Below, one piece after another: positions 40,208 to 54,520 of a stretch of 64,000 bases of DNA. Position numbers and translations under genes: made by a program. The number at the start of each line of letters is the position of its first letter. The first letter of the stretch is position 1. This stretch comes from Octopus vulgaris (taxonomy: Eukaryota): positions 59,954,001 through 60,018,000 of the forward strand of contig OX597823.1 of the NCBI GenBank assembly GCA_951406725.2. Direction: 5' to 3'. The notes below the pieces were generated by a model that was not told where the DNA came from, ran no database searches, and saw only the letters and a list, made by a program, of their open reading frames with translations.

Positions 40208-41007
40208 TTATCTTCGAGCACACAGTGAAAGCTGCAACACAAATTATTGCATTGACACGAAAACAAGAAAATATCTATGTACATTTCCCGCTACATTTCT
40301 ATAACGTGTATTATATCTAATTGACTTGCTGATGTACATTTTTCACACAGAAATGTTTGTAAACTATATCTTGATTGTTGTAAATTAATATTTTAACTTC
40401 TCCATGTCTAGATTCTGTTCCATTTTCAACCTGCCTTCTTAAACCATGTAGTGCGTAATCATTATTGTATTATTTTACCACCAAGATTCGCCATGTTCAT
40501 TTTCTGCAGACTTGTATGAAAGTATATAGTGCGTGGTTCACTTTCACTTTCGTTTACATGCACACAGATGCATATTTCATGCACAGCAGTGCATGGCCGG
40601 AATATGTGCCATCTGGGGGCAGTCCTTGAGTTTGCCACACGTGACTCTTACAGAATCTTACGCAACCGACTCAAAAATGCCGCTTCCAATTCCCCCACCC
40701 CACTCTATCTACGCTGTTGTATAATTCAGCTGATACATCAATCCAAAATGCAAAACGAGGGACACGTAATTATCTGAAAGGCCTTTCTTTAAAAGATTTT
40801 TTAATTAAAATTCAAGTTCCTTTCAATTTTGAGAAGACCCCCCTTTCCAACACCTACCCCACACACATCGAGAACCCTAATACAGTATTATTATGTCTTG
40901 CCAAATTTCTACTAGAGGCTCTACTTGCTGGTTCATTTGTATACATGCAAACCAGCTCCACGTCCGTTTGTAACTGGGCAAGCCTATATAATATTTTTGC
41001 GTCGGAG

Positions 41008-41240
41008 GGCGGCGAGCTGGCAGAAACGTTAGTGCTTCGGGCAAAATACTTAGCGGTATTTCGTCTGCCGTTACGTTCTGAGTTCAAATTCCGCCGAGGT
41101 CGACTTTGCCTTTCATCTTTTCGTGGTCGATAAATAAAGTACCAGTTTCACACTGGGGGCAATGTAATCGACTTAATCTCTTTGTCTGTCCGTGTTTGTC
41201 CCCTCTATATTTAGCCCCTTGTAGGTAGTAAAGAAATAAA
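41008..41240 (+). mobile_element. Full-length, low-divergence Meta-like SINE
   Basis: ggcggcgagctggcagaaacgttag..gagttcaaattccgccgaggtcgactttgcctttcatc..tagccccttgtaggtagtaaagaaat. Confidence 0.88.
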
Positions 41241-41596
41241 TATTTTTGCGCCGGTTCCTAAGCCGACTTGCCATATTAATCTTTTACTGCTTTTGATAAT
41301 TTTATATCTTCGGTAGGATCTCGGTACATGTTTAATATTGATCTTTATCAATTGCTACTTTTCTACCAGTCTAGAAAAGAGCTAATACTATAAATCTCAT
41401 GCTGGGGGCATTTTAGTTTTACCAGGGTCACATGAGTTAGTTTGGCTAATTAGAACTTTTAAACATGCAGACTACCTGATTTCATTGTTGGCGCGTGTTA
41501 ATGTTTCTCTTTTTCCTCTTTTTTGCCAATCAGAAACTAGTCGTCAGTTGAACTTTTTTTTTTCTTTTTTTTTTGGACGCTATTATGCTGGTCAGA

Positions 41597-42040
41597 AGGC
41601 AAAGAGCTAACAGAATTGTTAGCACTCTGAGCAAAATGCTTAGCGGCATTTCACCCATCTTTACGTTCAGAGTTCAAAATTCGCTAATTCAAGTTTGCCT
41701 TTCGATATTGCGGGGTCGATAAAATAAGTACCAGTTGAACACTGGGGTCGATGAAATTGACTTAACCCATTAAGCCCCAGACTACTCAAATTTCTGAACA
41801 TTACTTTTGAATTTTTACAGATGATTGAAAATAGGTTAAAATTTTTTAAAATTATTAAAACTCCTTTACTTCAAGTAGAAATGGAAATACTCGGTGTCCT
41901 ATAATTAGGACACTGAGATAATGTGATATAGCTTATTTAAGGTCTTCATTTAGTGTCCTATTTATAGGACAGTGGGACTTAATGTGTTAACCCCTTCCTC
42001 GAAATTACGGACCTTGTGCCAAAGTTTAAAACCAATATTA
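41597..42040 (+). mobile_element. Meta-like SINE split by a MITE
   Basis: Head and domain 41597-41765; tail ccccttcctcgaaatt..ccttgtgccaaag resumes at 41991. Confidence 0.75.
41766..41986. mobile_element. piggyBac-type MITE
   Basis: TTAA duplicated at 41762-41765 and 41987-41990; TIR cccattaagcccca / tgggacttaatgtg; internal palindromes gtgtcctat..taggaca. Confidence 0.75.
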
Positions 42041-43099
42041 AGTTGGTGAAAAACCTTTCAGTTCACTGCACACCAGTCGTACAGCCCTTCATTTATCCTA
42101 CTGCTATCCATGATAAATGCCTATTTAAAATAGTTAAAAGCTGAAATGACTAATTGCGAGGTAAAAGTAACAGGAAAAAAATAAAATATTCCATTGTTAA
42201 GGAGAATTAACGGAATATAAATTATACTGTTGAAAACGTCTTAAATAAACCAGGAATTACAACTATTATATTTCTATTGACTTAGATGTTTCTTTTTGCT
42301 CGAATTCTGTAGAGAGAAAGCTGTAATCAGACGATGCCCACCTATCTAAAATCTCCTGCTAGCATGTTTATCATTTCCTGCATTCAGAGACTACATTTTT
42401 ATGACGTTAGCTAATAGAGGTCACATGATTTTCATGATCCCTTGCTTCCAAAATTTGTATCTTTATTTGTTTTGCGCCAACTTTGAGTTATAAAAATAGA
42501 GTCTTCTCACCTAGAAGTCAGATACGGACGAATAGCAGGCTAGTGGCGATCGAAATACAGAAGTGGGAAACACTGTCAAGAGAACTCTTTGGCCAGTAAC
42601 TGAAAAGGAAGTAATGCGAAAATATGCATGAACTATCGTTTGCTTTTTAAGACATTTTTACACTTGTTTCCTTGTATAAAAAACAATGCTTCTACGACTC
42701 ATTATTTTTCTGTTTCTTTCAACGCGATAAATTTTTCTTGATGACAAAATGACAAGCACATTTTCCTGTTACTTCTCACTAGAAAAACGGCTTCATTTAC
42801 ATTTGAACCGTTGAAATTTTCTTTCGTATCAAAAGATCATATTCTGCAACTATTTTTGGCAAGAATATTGTTTCATTTACATTTACAATCCTGAAATATT
42901 CTTCATAACAAAAACAAAAGCAAAGGAACGTCGAGTTATTTCTAATAGAAATTTTCCTGCATATAATTCACAGATTCTAATCGCTGTCTTTGTAATAAAA
43001 TATGAATTGCTTTGACTGTTTTATCAGGACGAGATTTTTCTGCGTGTCACTCATTGATTTTAAGCTTTGTCATCGTAAAAGTTAACTTTTTTATTGACT

Positions 43100-44340
43100 G
43101 CTATTTGTAGCTGAGATTTTCTTTCTCCTTTACCAAACCTGATTATGTTTTTAACAAGAATTGTTTTTTCTGTATTTGTAAATGACTGTTCGTTTGCTGA
43201 ATTTACACATACTCTTTCTCATTCTTTTACATTTTAGTCATTTTAAAGTCAGTCCTTTTTGCTTGTTGTTATATGATCCCGTATGATTGTGTATTATCTA
43301 TAATGGACAAGATAGTTTTGAATTCGTAAGGACTTCTCTCACGCAAAAACCACATAAATTTCTAAAATCCATAGCGCATTTTTACCAGAGTTGACAAATT
43401 AATATTTGTGCTTATAAAATCGGTTTTTGAACGTTAGTTTAGTTGCACCAATACATATTTAAAGTTCATATCATTTGTTTCCCAATTAGTGCTATATATT
43501 ATCGACTTTGCTAGACTATTACCATCTAGTGAGAAATTCTCACGAATTCTATTGTTGCATGATCGTTGGTGACCAGCTCTTTGCTAATTTTTTTCGTTCT
43601 GCTTTACCAGCATTATAAACTCTGATGTAACAACCAACATTCTTAGAAGCTGGGTAGATAACCTTAGCACAGTCTCCATTTAGTATTTTAATATACTTGT
43701 GCCCTGGCGGTAAGTGTAGTCCTATTAAACTAAAGAATTCCCTAAGTATATTAGTTCTTACTGCTAGGTTAAATATTGGGTTGTACCATAAGGTGTTCGT
43801 TTTCCTATTCTTTCTTACGTTATGCCTACTCAGTGCTTTTTACATATCTAATCTTATCGGAGAAGCCACCATTTCCTAACACCTTATTACAATATCCAGC
43901 TGCTCCTATAAAAGCATCTTCATTGGAAGATATGATGGACATTTGTTTATTAATGTTGTCAACCAAGTTCTTAAGGATACAAGGTGGGTGTTTCAATTGT
44001 CTATGTATGTACACTAACTTTTAATTTGGTTTGTGGTATGGCTAGAAATAATTATTATCAATGTCTCAGCAAGTGACTTCCCAATTAACTTCGATGATAA
44101 GATTAGTATCTACAGTAATACTAAATTCTATTTCCTAAAATACTTTGAATAAAATTTTTCCTAAATTAGTTATAATTAAATTACTACCATAACAATTTAT
44201 AACTAACTTATGACCATTGCAATTTCTTGATAGCATCACGATTTCATCCCTGTATAAACCATAACCACTTCGGAGAATATTTTTCTCATTAAATCTAAAA
44301 TATGTAGCCCTATGATTTCATTCTCGTTTTCTTCACACCT
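43100..44340 (-). mobile_element. Penelope-like (Naiad-type) element: RT thumb, linker and C-terminal GIY-YIG endonuclease, decayed
   Basis: HPPCILKNLVDNINKQMSIISSNED, TLWYNPIFNLAVRTNILREFFSLI, CNNR..LDGNSL..SIIY..IGAT..TFKNRFYKH. Confidence 0.85.
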
Positions 44341-44431
44341 TTCATATAATATTTCAAAATACGTTCAAACAACAAATATTTGAAGGGGAAAATAAACACG
44401 AGTTATTAATTAAGCGATCGGAATAATTAGC

Positions 44432-44933
<502 letters not shown>

Positions 44934-44962
44934 TTATATATATATATATATACATACATATA

Positions 44963-45019
<57 letters not shown>

Positions 45020-45410
45020 TTCATATTATATATATATATATATATATACACACACGTATATGTATATAAGTGTATGTGTCTGTAGGGATGTGTGGGTTTG
45101 TGTCTGTAGGGATGTATATATACAAACGTGTATAGATTATAGATATGTATACGAATATGTATATGTTCATCCTTCGTTTATACCTACTTGTTTCTCTCTC
45201 TCTCTCTCGCCCACTTTCTCTCTCTCACTCTCTCTTACTACATATATATATGTGCGTATTCCTCTGTGTGTGTGTGTGTATTTGTGTGTGTGTGTACGTA
45301 TTTGTGTGTGTGTCTGTCTACATATTTTCAGTGTGTTTCTTCTTGAGTTACTAGATCTAATTTTGAAAAATTCAAAAGATGCCCAAGAATAAAGAAAAAT
45401 ACTTCTATGC

Positions 45411-45444
<34 letters not shown>

Positions 45445-45963
45445 GCGCACACATATACAAACACACACACACACGCATCTCTTTCCCCTACACAATCTTC
45501 CTACCTTCATCTTCATCTCTGTCTCGCCCTACCATCTAAATATTCTGTGTACAACACTAATTCATATTTGTTTGATTATACAGAATAATTTCTTGTATTT
45601 AGCAAGCCTGATTCATGTTGATAAATTGTGATTCAGTGTCTTGCTCACCTTAACCTGTGTCAAAAATTATCGATGCATTTTTCTCAGTGATCTTATATCT
45701 AATTCACCTCAGGTATTAGTGGTGTACAATGATTTCGTCACCTATGTAAGCTAAACATTACGTACTCATGTCCACTAACGTCAGATATATCACACACATC
45801 AAGACACTTATCAGTATCTTTCTACTTTGATTCTTTAAGTACTGACCTTTGCCCAAGGCACCAAAAATACATCCTGTCATTGTGTTATTCTCACTCAACT
45901 CTTTCCTACCTCTCACCACAAACACGCTCCTTTATTTCTTATATTGCTGGAATATATGTGTAT

Positions 45964-46003
<40 letters not shown>

Positions 46004-46244
46004 TTGTATGTATGTATGTATGTATGTATGTATGTATGTATGTATGTATGTATGTATGTATGCATGTATGTATAAACAAAAAATGTGTGTGAATGTGCAT
46101 GCATGTGAATGTGTATGTATATATGTATATATATATATGTGCGTGTTTTGATATATATATGTATATATATATATATATATACAATACATATATATATACA
46201 TATATATATATATAATACATATATATATATACATATATATATAC

Positions 46245-46394
<150 letters not shown>

Positions 46395-46984
46395 GTGTGG
46401 GTGGGTGTTCCTGGATGCATTTAAGAGTTCGTATGTATGTATGAATGTATCAACGTGTGGAAAATTTTCATTATTCTCTTTTCTCTTGGCTGACCTGATA
46501 ACTACTAACAATGTATTAATAATAACCAAGATCATGGAAGGTCTGAGTTAATGGGAGGCAAATTTCCCTGCCCCCCATCCCTCTCCAGTATCTCTACATA
46601 ATCTTCACACCCTCTTCTCCATCTCTTGTCAACTCATCTACACTCTTGTTTTTCCTGAAGGAATTTCTTTGTTTTTCAATGTTTATTATTTATTGTGGTC
46701 TGGAAAAAAAATGTGGTGGACACCACTTGAGACAATAGACTGCAAGAATATATGCCTTAATTGTACTATATTACATTTCAGATTCCCCAGCTATGAGTTC
46801 AGATCCTGCCAGGTTTGACCTTTTCCATTCATGCCTCTGAAATCGGAGAAATACCTTCTACAGTTATATCTTTTACTTGTTTCAGTCATTAGACTGTATC
46901 CATGCTGGATTACTGCCTTGAAGTGTTTTATCAAACAAATCAACCCCAATACTTATATTTAAACTGGGTGATTTTTTTTTTGTC

Positions 46985-48249
46985 AGTGATGAAGCTTTCA
47001 TCGTATTGACCCAAACGTCATAACGGCAGATACGACATCACCATTACTGCAATACTGGTTCCCATCCATGTTGCTTTTTCATGTGAGGGACAGTTTATAA
47101 TCAGATAGGGCCAAATCAGAATAGGGAGGGGGATCAACCAGTTCAAACCTTTAGTCATGCACAGCAGACATTGAAACCAAGGACTTGTGTGCTGGAGCAG
47201 TGAACTTATGAAACAAGACTGCTTTCGTCAGTTTTTCTCTGTGTTTGCACTTGATAGCCTTTCATAAGCTGCCTGAGCAAGTTAGCAAAGTACTTTCCAT
47301 TGATGGTGTGACCCTTTCAAAAACTGTCAATAAACACAATGCCTTTTGCATCCCAACAAACTGAGGCCATCACCTTCCCTGCAGATTAAACGACCTTAGC
47401 CCTCTTTGGAGTAGGTAAGGAGAGGTGTTCCCATTACATGAATTGTCTCTTTATCTCTGGGTCAAAGCAATGAAGCCAACACTCATCCTGAGTTAGGAAA
47501 CGTTCAAGGAAACAAGTTGGATCAGTCTGAAACAGTGTCAGATTTTGCATGATATTCTCAGCTTGGTGCAGTATTGATCAGGTGTCAGAATATGTGGCAC
47601 CCACCAAGCAGAAACGTTCATAGGGCAAAATATTCACAGCTCTCTCAGGGGACAAGGCTAATAGCATTGGCTTTTTGATTTATAGTCAATCACCTGTCAT
47701 TTGTTACCATGTGATGAACACAATGTTTTCTTCAGTGGTGGAAATTTCAGGACCTCAACTTCAGGACTCCCTGTTCTCTTCATAAAACTCAGCTGCCCAA
47801 TTTTGTACTGTTGATAAAGCTGGAGCATCATTTCCTAATGTAACAAACTTATTAGCATTAATGTCCTTGGGAGCTAAACCCTTTTTCTGCAGTTTTTTAT
47901 AACACCACGATGACAAATTTTGTTCATTTTCAAGAAAATTCACTACTAGTTGTGTCTGGGGAGAGTAATTTTCTTTTTGTGCCTTATAATCTAACATACT
48001 CACCGGTAAAATTTCCACTTATTTCTTATTTTTATTTTCATAAAATTTTCGTTGCGTCTTGCAACCTTTTCAATAGTCTTGACTACTAGTTACTTTTGAA
48101 GTCTTCTTTGAACAGTCAGATATCAGTTTACCTAGAAAGAAACATTGCAGTTATTAATAAGAAGGGTTGAAATTAATGAATACAAGATTTCACATCTCTA
48201 GCATCACTCCTTCACAGTTAGCCTATAAACTTTACAGCTCACTCTCGTA
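46985..48249 (-). mobile_element. Mariner copy (same family as 10556-11846), 3'-truncated
   Basis: 5' TIR tacgagagtgagctgtaaagtttataggct. ORF 47761-48018 ..LQKKGLAPKDINA..TLGNDAPALSTVQNWAAEF; WVPH motif near 47600. Confidence 0.85.
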
Positions 48250-49061
48250 AAATTTTCCTTTATCTTTTATCAAACCAACCCCAATACTTATTTTTAAATC
48301 TGGTGCTTTTCCTGTCGGTCTCTTCTGCCGAACTGCTAAGTTTATTATAATGTTACCTCAAGAACCAGAAATAAACTAAAAGATGTGAACTTTAAGCAAC
48401 TGTTTTTTTTTTTATCATTCATAAAAGTTTTTAAGCAAAAGTACACATTGACAAGTGTCTTCTTCAAATTTTCAGTTCATATTTCGAAAAATATTCACTA
48501 CTTGAATATTTCTAAACGAAAACCAAGATCTGTTTACCAGTTGATGACTAGAAACGAACAACTGGGAATACTGGAAACTGGAACTTTTCAATCATAATGT
48601 TATGAAGAATACTCTACATTTGTATTGAGACCGTAATTTATTAATTCTGGTGAATCATCATCATCATCATCATCCTCATCATCATTATCATCATTATCAT
48701 CGTTTAGCGTTTGCTTTCCCTGCTAGCATGGGTTGGACGGTTTGACTGAGGAGTGGTAAGCCAGGAGGCTGTACCAGGCTCCAATCTGATCTGGTAAGGT
48801 TTCCACAGCTAGATGCCCTTCCTAACGCCAACCACTCTGTAGTGGGTGCTTTTTATGTGCCACCAGTACTGGCATTGACCATGCTCAAATGGTGCTTTTT
48901 ACATGTCACTGTCATGGAAACCAGTCCGACACGGGAGTCAGTTATATATATATATATACACAAGTAAGGACGTGAATTCAAAACAAGTTGGAAAAAATAG
49001 TACTCAAATACCAAAGATAGCCTAATACACATATATGTGTGTGAGTGTATATGTGTGTGTG

Positions 49062-49104
<43 letters not shown>

Positions 49105-49106
49105 AC

Positions 49107-49152
<46 letters not shown>

Positions 49153-49162
49153 ATATGTATAC

Positions 49163-49195
<33 letters not shown>

Positions 49196-49611
49196 GACAC
49201 AGAGGTAGATATGTGTGTGTGTGTGTGTGTGTGTGTGATGGGAGTCTACACAGTTTCTATCTACCAAATGCATTCATAAGGCATTGGCTGGCCTGGAGTG
49301 CTATAGGAGACGACACTTACCCATGATGCTGTGCAGTGGGATTGAACCCAAGGCCCAGAGGTTGCAAAGTGACCTTCTTATCCATACTGCAATGTCTAAA
49401 TTTCAAAGAGTTGCAGTGGAGCTATGTGAACTATGTCAGTGACCAGCTTACAGATATGTGATAGAAATCTTTGGTACCCCAAGAAATAGATAAAAAGTGG
49501 ATTTAACAATTGGGATGGATGTGCCTGGGTGTGTGTGTTGTGTATGTATTTTGTTGGCCAAAATGGCTTTTCTGTGATGCAAGCTCCACATTTTAAAGTT
49601 TGGTGTAGAAT

Positions 49612-50012
49612 GGTGCAGGAGTGGCTGTGTGGTAAGTAGCCTGCTTACCAAACACATGACTCCAGGTTCAGTCCCACTACATGGCACCTTGGGCAAGTAT
49701 CTTCTACTATACCCTCGGGCCGACCAAAACCTTGTGAGTGAATTTGGTAGATGGAAACTGAAGGAAGCCTGTTGTATATATGTATGTATATATGTATGCG
49801 TGTGTATATGTTTATGTGTCTGTGTTTGTCCCCCCAACATCGTTTGACAACCGATGGTGGTGTGTTTACGTCCCCGTAACATTGCGGTTCGGCAAAAGAG
49901 ACCGATAAAATAAGTACTAGGCTTCCAAAGAATAAGTCCCGGGGTCGATTTTCTCGACTAAAGGCGGTACTCCAGCATGGCTGCACTCAAATGACTGAAA
50001 CAAGTAAAAGAG
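49612..50012 (+). mobile_element. Full-length family-1 tRNA SINE
   Basis: Colinear with 2842-3237. Confidence 0.88.
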
Positions 50013-50259
50013 TGCAAGAGTAATAACTTTATTTTATTTCATTTTATTTTATTTTATTCTACTTATTTTTGACAGTCATGTAATACAAAACTAAGCAAAT
50101 TTGTCTGTACATCAACTATAATAGAAACAATACTTTCACTGGTAGAAACTAGAGAACCTAGACATCTATAATACATAACAAGTAGACTTGATGATATTTT
50201 AAAGAAACATGAACATTCTATTTATTATTGATGACATTAGATAATGTATTTCTATATAA

Positions 50260-50575
50260 CTGGCACTTTGTCAGTTACAATGGTGAGGGTTCCAGTTGAC
50301 CCAACCAATGGAACAATCTGCCTGTGAAACTGATGTACAAGTGACTGAGAACTCCACAGATGCATGTACCCTTAACGTAGTTCTTAGGGAGTTTTGGTAT
50401 GACACAGAATACTACAAGGCTGGCCCTTTGAAATATAGGTACTACTCATTTTTGCCAGTTGCGTGGACTGGAGCAATGTGAAATATACTGTCTTGCTCAA
50501 GAACACAATGTGCTGCCAGGAATTGAACTTCTGACCTTATTATCATGAGCTGAATAATTTAACCACTAAGCCACA
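50260..50575 (-). mobile_element. tRNA SINE, Nin-like middle A + tail X
   Basis: Minus: tggcttagtggtt..tgctccagtccacgcaactggcaaaaatgagta..tttcaaagggcc..ggaaccctc. Confidence 0.75.
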
Positions 50576-52750
50576 CACACACAGGTTTCTTATAGATCAC
50601 GTTTTAAATCACTATTGAAGGGTAACATCGTAGTTAAAATGTGGCTGATTGTAGTTCTGTTTGATCAAGGTTAACCTTTGAACTGGAAGTTAAATGACAA
50701 CAACAACAACAAAAACAACAACTAATGAATACCAGTTATGTATTGAGGTGTATCAAATCATATAGACATCCACCCTTCCTCTCTTCTGTCCCCCCAGACA
50801 GATAACCTTAATCTTTGTGTTAAGGCTAGAGAAAACAAAAATCAATATCGTTATCTTCACATTACGTTTTTCACTTTGATAATTTATCATCACCACCATC
50901 ACCATCACCATCACATTATGACTTCCACCACCACCACCACCACCACCGCTACTGCAATCATTACTGCTGTCATCACCACCACCACCTCCATCACTATGAC
51001 ACCACCACGCATAGCATCGTCATCCTTGTTATCAGTATCATCATTATTACTGCCCTCGCCTCCACCACCACAATCATCGCCATCATTAGTCAAGCCAACA
51101 ATGCTATAAATAGTAGCTAAATCTCACTCAATTCACACCATGCCATCTTAAAACATATGAATTTGTGTAAGATAGTGTAATTCTAAATAGACTGGGTGGT
51201 CACAACTGGAACGTCTTTGGTCATAAATGTGATAGATTAGAATTGTCTTGAAGCTAAACATTATCTGAACACACCAATACACCAACAAGGAAGCCTCATA
51301 CAGCTAGAAATAACAGACCACTCCTCTTTAAAATCAAGAAGGGCACATTTGAGAATGTATTGAATAAAACACCGAATAAATGATGGAATTGTCATGACTG
51401 GAATGCCTTTGATCATACATTAGTTTCTTCAAAGATGACATGGGACAATATGAATATAATCATCATTAGTTTCCAGATTTGTTTTCATCTGCTGGCATCT
51501 ATAGGACAGATTATCTATAGGACAGATTATTTATTGGACAGATTATCTATTGGACATCAGTAACCTTCCCAATATATTCCTTCAGTTTTATGCCTTTCAC
51601 AGATTCAAATGTTCTTGTATCTGTTTTAGACATTTCAGACCCTTATCTCTTCTTAGTCTTCCTATGCTATACATCTTGTACTGGTTCTGTACTATGCCTT
51701 TAACTGGTGTGTTTGTATGTGTGTGTTTGTGTGTGTGTGGGGGGTGCATGCATGTGTGTTTGTATGTGCGAATCAGCACAACAAAGTATGCAACAAGCCT
51801 GATCATTGAAAAAAAGCTACAGTCCAATGGACTTTTATAAAATCCCCATCTACCCAATTTCATGATGTTTAGGTTGACCTTCTGTAAATGCACTTAATGA
51901 GATTGCTATAATGTGGAATCAAGCATGGAATCTTCTAATTCATCATCGTCATCATCATCATCATCATCATTATCGTTGTCATTGTAATTTATCATCTTCG
52001 TTGCTATCATCATCATCATCATCATCATCATTTAACGTCCCCTTTTCTGTGTTTGCATGGGTCTGATGCAATTTCTTGAGGCAGATTTTCCATGGCTGGA
52101 TGCCCTTCCTGTCAGCAACCCTCACTTGTTTCCAAGTAACAGGATGTGTCCCCATCACTTGACATGTTTTCACAGAAGATTAGAAATGAAGGACAACGCT
52201 TACATGACAGACCCACTTATTTTCATCTATCATGCAATGTCATGAGAAAGCAAGACTAATACACACACACATACACACACGCACACGCACACACATATAT
52301 ATACACAATGTAGAAATGAGTTGCAACGTCACAATTGTATCGGCCCTTGCCTTTCCCTTGGATAACACTGGTGGCGTGGAGAGGGGAGGCCGGTATGCAT
52401 GGGCGACTTCTGGTCTTCCATAAACAACCTTGCCCAGACTTGTGCCTGGGAGGGTAACTTTCTAAGTGCAATCCCACGGTCAGTCATGACCGAAGGGGGT
52501 CTCATCATCATCATCATACACAATGAGTGCTTCTCTCAGTTTTTGTGCACCAGATCCACTCACAAGACTTTGGTTGGCATGGGGCATTTGTAAAAATCAA
52601 TTACGTGAGGTGCCACACACTTGGACTGAGCCCAAAACAATATGGTCTGGAAGTAAACTTACAACACAGTCATACCTGTACCAATTGCGAAGCAAAATTC
52701 TTCACTACTTGGCCCTACCTGTGTTCTCACTTTTATTTAGTTTATAGAGT

Positions 52751-53136
52751 GGAGGCGCAATGGCCCAGTGGTTAGGGCAGCGGACTCGCGGTCATAGGAT
52801 CGCGGTTTCGATTCCCAGACCGGGCGTTGTGAGTGTTTATTGAGCGAAAACACCTAAAGCTCCACGAGGCTTCGGCAGAGGGTGGTGGTGATCCCTGCTG
52901 TACTCTTTCACCACAACTTTCTCTCACTCTTACTTCCTGTTTCTGTTGTACCTGTATTTCAAAGGGTCGGCCTTGTCACTCTCTGTGTCACGCTGAATAT
53001 CCCCGAGAACTACATTAAGGGTACATGTGTCTGTGGAGTGCTCAGCCACTTACCCGTTAATTTCACGAGCAGGCTGTTCCGTTGATTCGGATCAACCGGA
53101 ACCCTCGTCGTCGTAACCGACGGAGTGCTTCCATCC
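52751..53136 (+). mobile_element. tRNA(Arg)-like SINE, middle B + tail X, low divergence
   Basis: ggcgcaatggcccagtggttagggcagcggactcgcggtc..ggtttcgattccc head; CpGs retained. Confidence 0.85.
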
Positions 53137-53599
53137 ATTTAGTTTATAAATTGATAGAACATTGCTAGTGTCTAGATACACGATTGCTTTCATTTGGAAA
53201 TTTTTTTCTTCTAATTAACCTTTTTGATGACAATCACACTCAAGACTCTGTTGACATGATACAAACTTCCTGTTTTAAAGTGAACTAAATTAAAAACTAT
53301 CAATTTTCATTGTTAATTTATGTTCCCAAACTGCAGCTTAATAATGACAGTTACTTTACAAAATTCTTTTTTATATATATATATTTAGCTTATTTTATAA
53401 ATATTCCATGAAAATTAAGATTCAAATCTAATAAGCACATGTAAAACACGTATGTATATGACATATGTAATACAAAGTGACATTAAAATATAAAACCAAA
53501 ACCAAAGAAAACACAAACATGAATGAAGAAAAAACATAAAAGGAAAAAGTGGAAGAAGGAAATGAAGCATTAGTTCAACATTAATTGCATCAATTACAC

Positions 53600-54060
53600 T
53601 TTTACTTGTTTCAGTCATTTTGACTGTCGTCATGCTGGAGCATAGATTGGCATATTTCGGTCATATTATGCAGAGAAAATCCCTGGAGAAGGACATCATG
53701 CTCAGAATGGTCAGTGGCAAGAGAGGATGAGGCCGACAAAGAACCCGCTGGCTTGACACCATCAAGAGTGATACCGGAATGGACATACCCAATCTGAAAG
53801 AAGCCGCCCAGGATAGAACTGACTGGAGGGCACTGATCCAACAAGTGACTGAGAGTCGACTTCGACTGAGCGGATAGATAATGATGATGCTGGAGCATCA
53901 CTTTTTAGTCAAAGAAATCGACACCTGGACTTATTTTTTGTAAGCCTTGTACATATTCTATCGGTCTCTTTTGCCAAAACTTAAAGTTATGGGGATGTAA
54001 ACACACCAAGATCAGTTGTCAAGTGATGATAAAGAGATAGACACAGGCACACACGCACAA

Positions 54061-54091
<31 letters not shown>

Positions 54092-54338
54092 CATATATGT
54101 ATATATTTACACATAATCAAATAGGGTAATAAAATAAATTATTATTACCAGTGGCCTAGCAGAAAAGACGAGTTAGTCATTAGACTATATATTTTTCGTA
54201 TGGAAATATAATAAAAGGCTTCCAAATAAGGAAGCATAGTGCTAGAAACACAAAAGGGGATAAATTCATGAAAGGAATGAAAATTAAAAACATTTACCAT
54301 CTCGACCGAATATGTGTATATCTACAGATATATATATA

Positions 54339-54386
<48 letters not shown>

Positions 54387-54520
54387 ACAGGTTTCTTTCA
54401 GTTACCGTCTACCAAATCCACTCACAAGGCTTTAGTCAGCCACCCAAGGTGCCATGCAGTGGAACTGAACCTGGAACCAAGTGGTTGGGAAGCAAGCTTC
54501 TTATCACATAGCCACACCTA
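53600..54520 (-). mobile_element. Family-1 SINE carrying nested insertions
   Basis: Tail 53600-54050 and head 54385-54520 are separated by (TA)n and a ~200-bp insert. Confidence 0.75.
53644..53886 (+). mobile_element. RTE LINE 3' fragment with 12-bp TSD
   Basis: RLAYFGHIMQRKSLEKDIML..GRQRTRWLDTIK..AQDRTDWRALI; (ATG)n tail; TSD atgctggagcat at 53632-53643 and 53887-53898. Confidence 0.9.

Noticed and set aside
43100-44340. Selenocysteine recoding in the Naiad-type PLE
   Set aside because: Some Naiads are reported to use UGA-Sec, but this copy is frameshifted and the Cys positions I could read are ordinary substitutions, not TGA.
51501-51556. 16-bp tandem (ggacagattatctat) x3
   Set aside because: Ordinary local slippage duplication.
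52751-52826. tRNA-like sequence as a tRNA gene
   Set aside because: No proper acceptor stem, and it continues into a SINE body shared with other copies.
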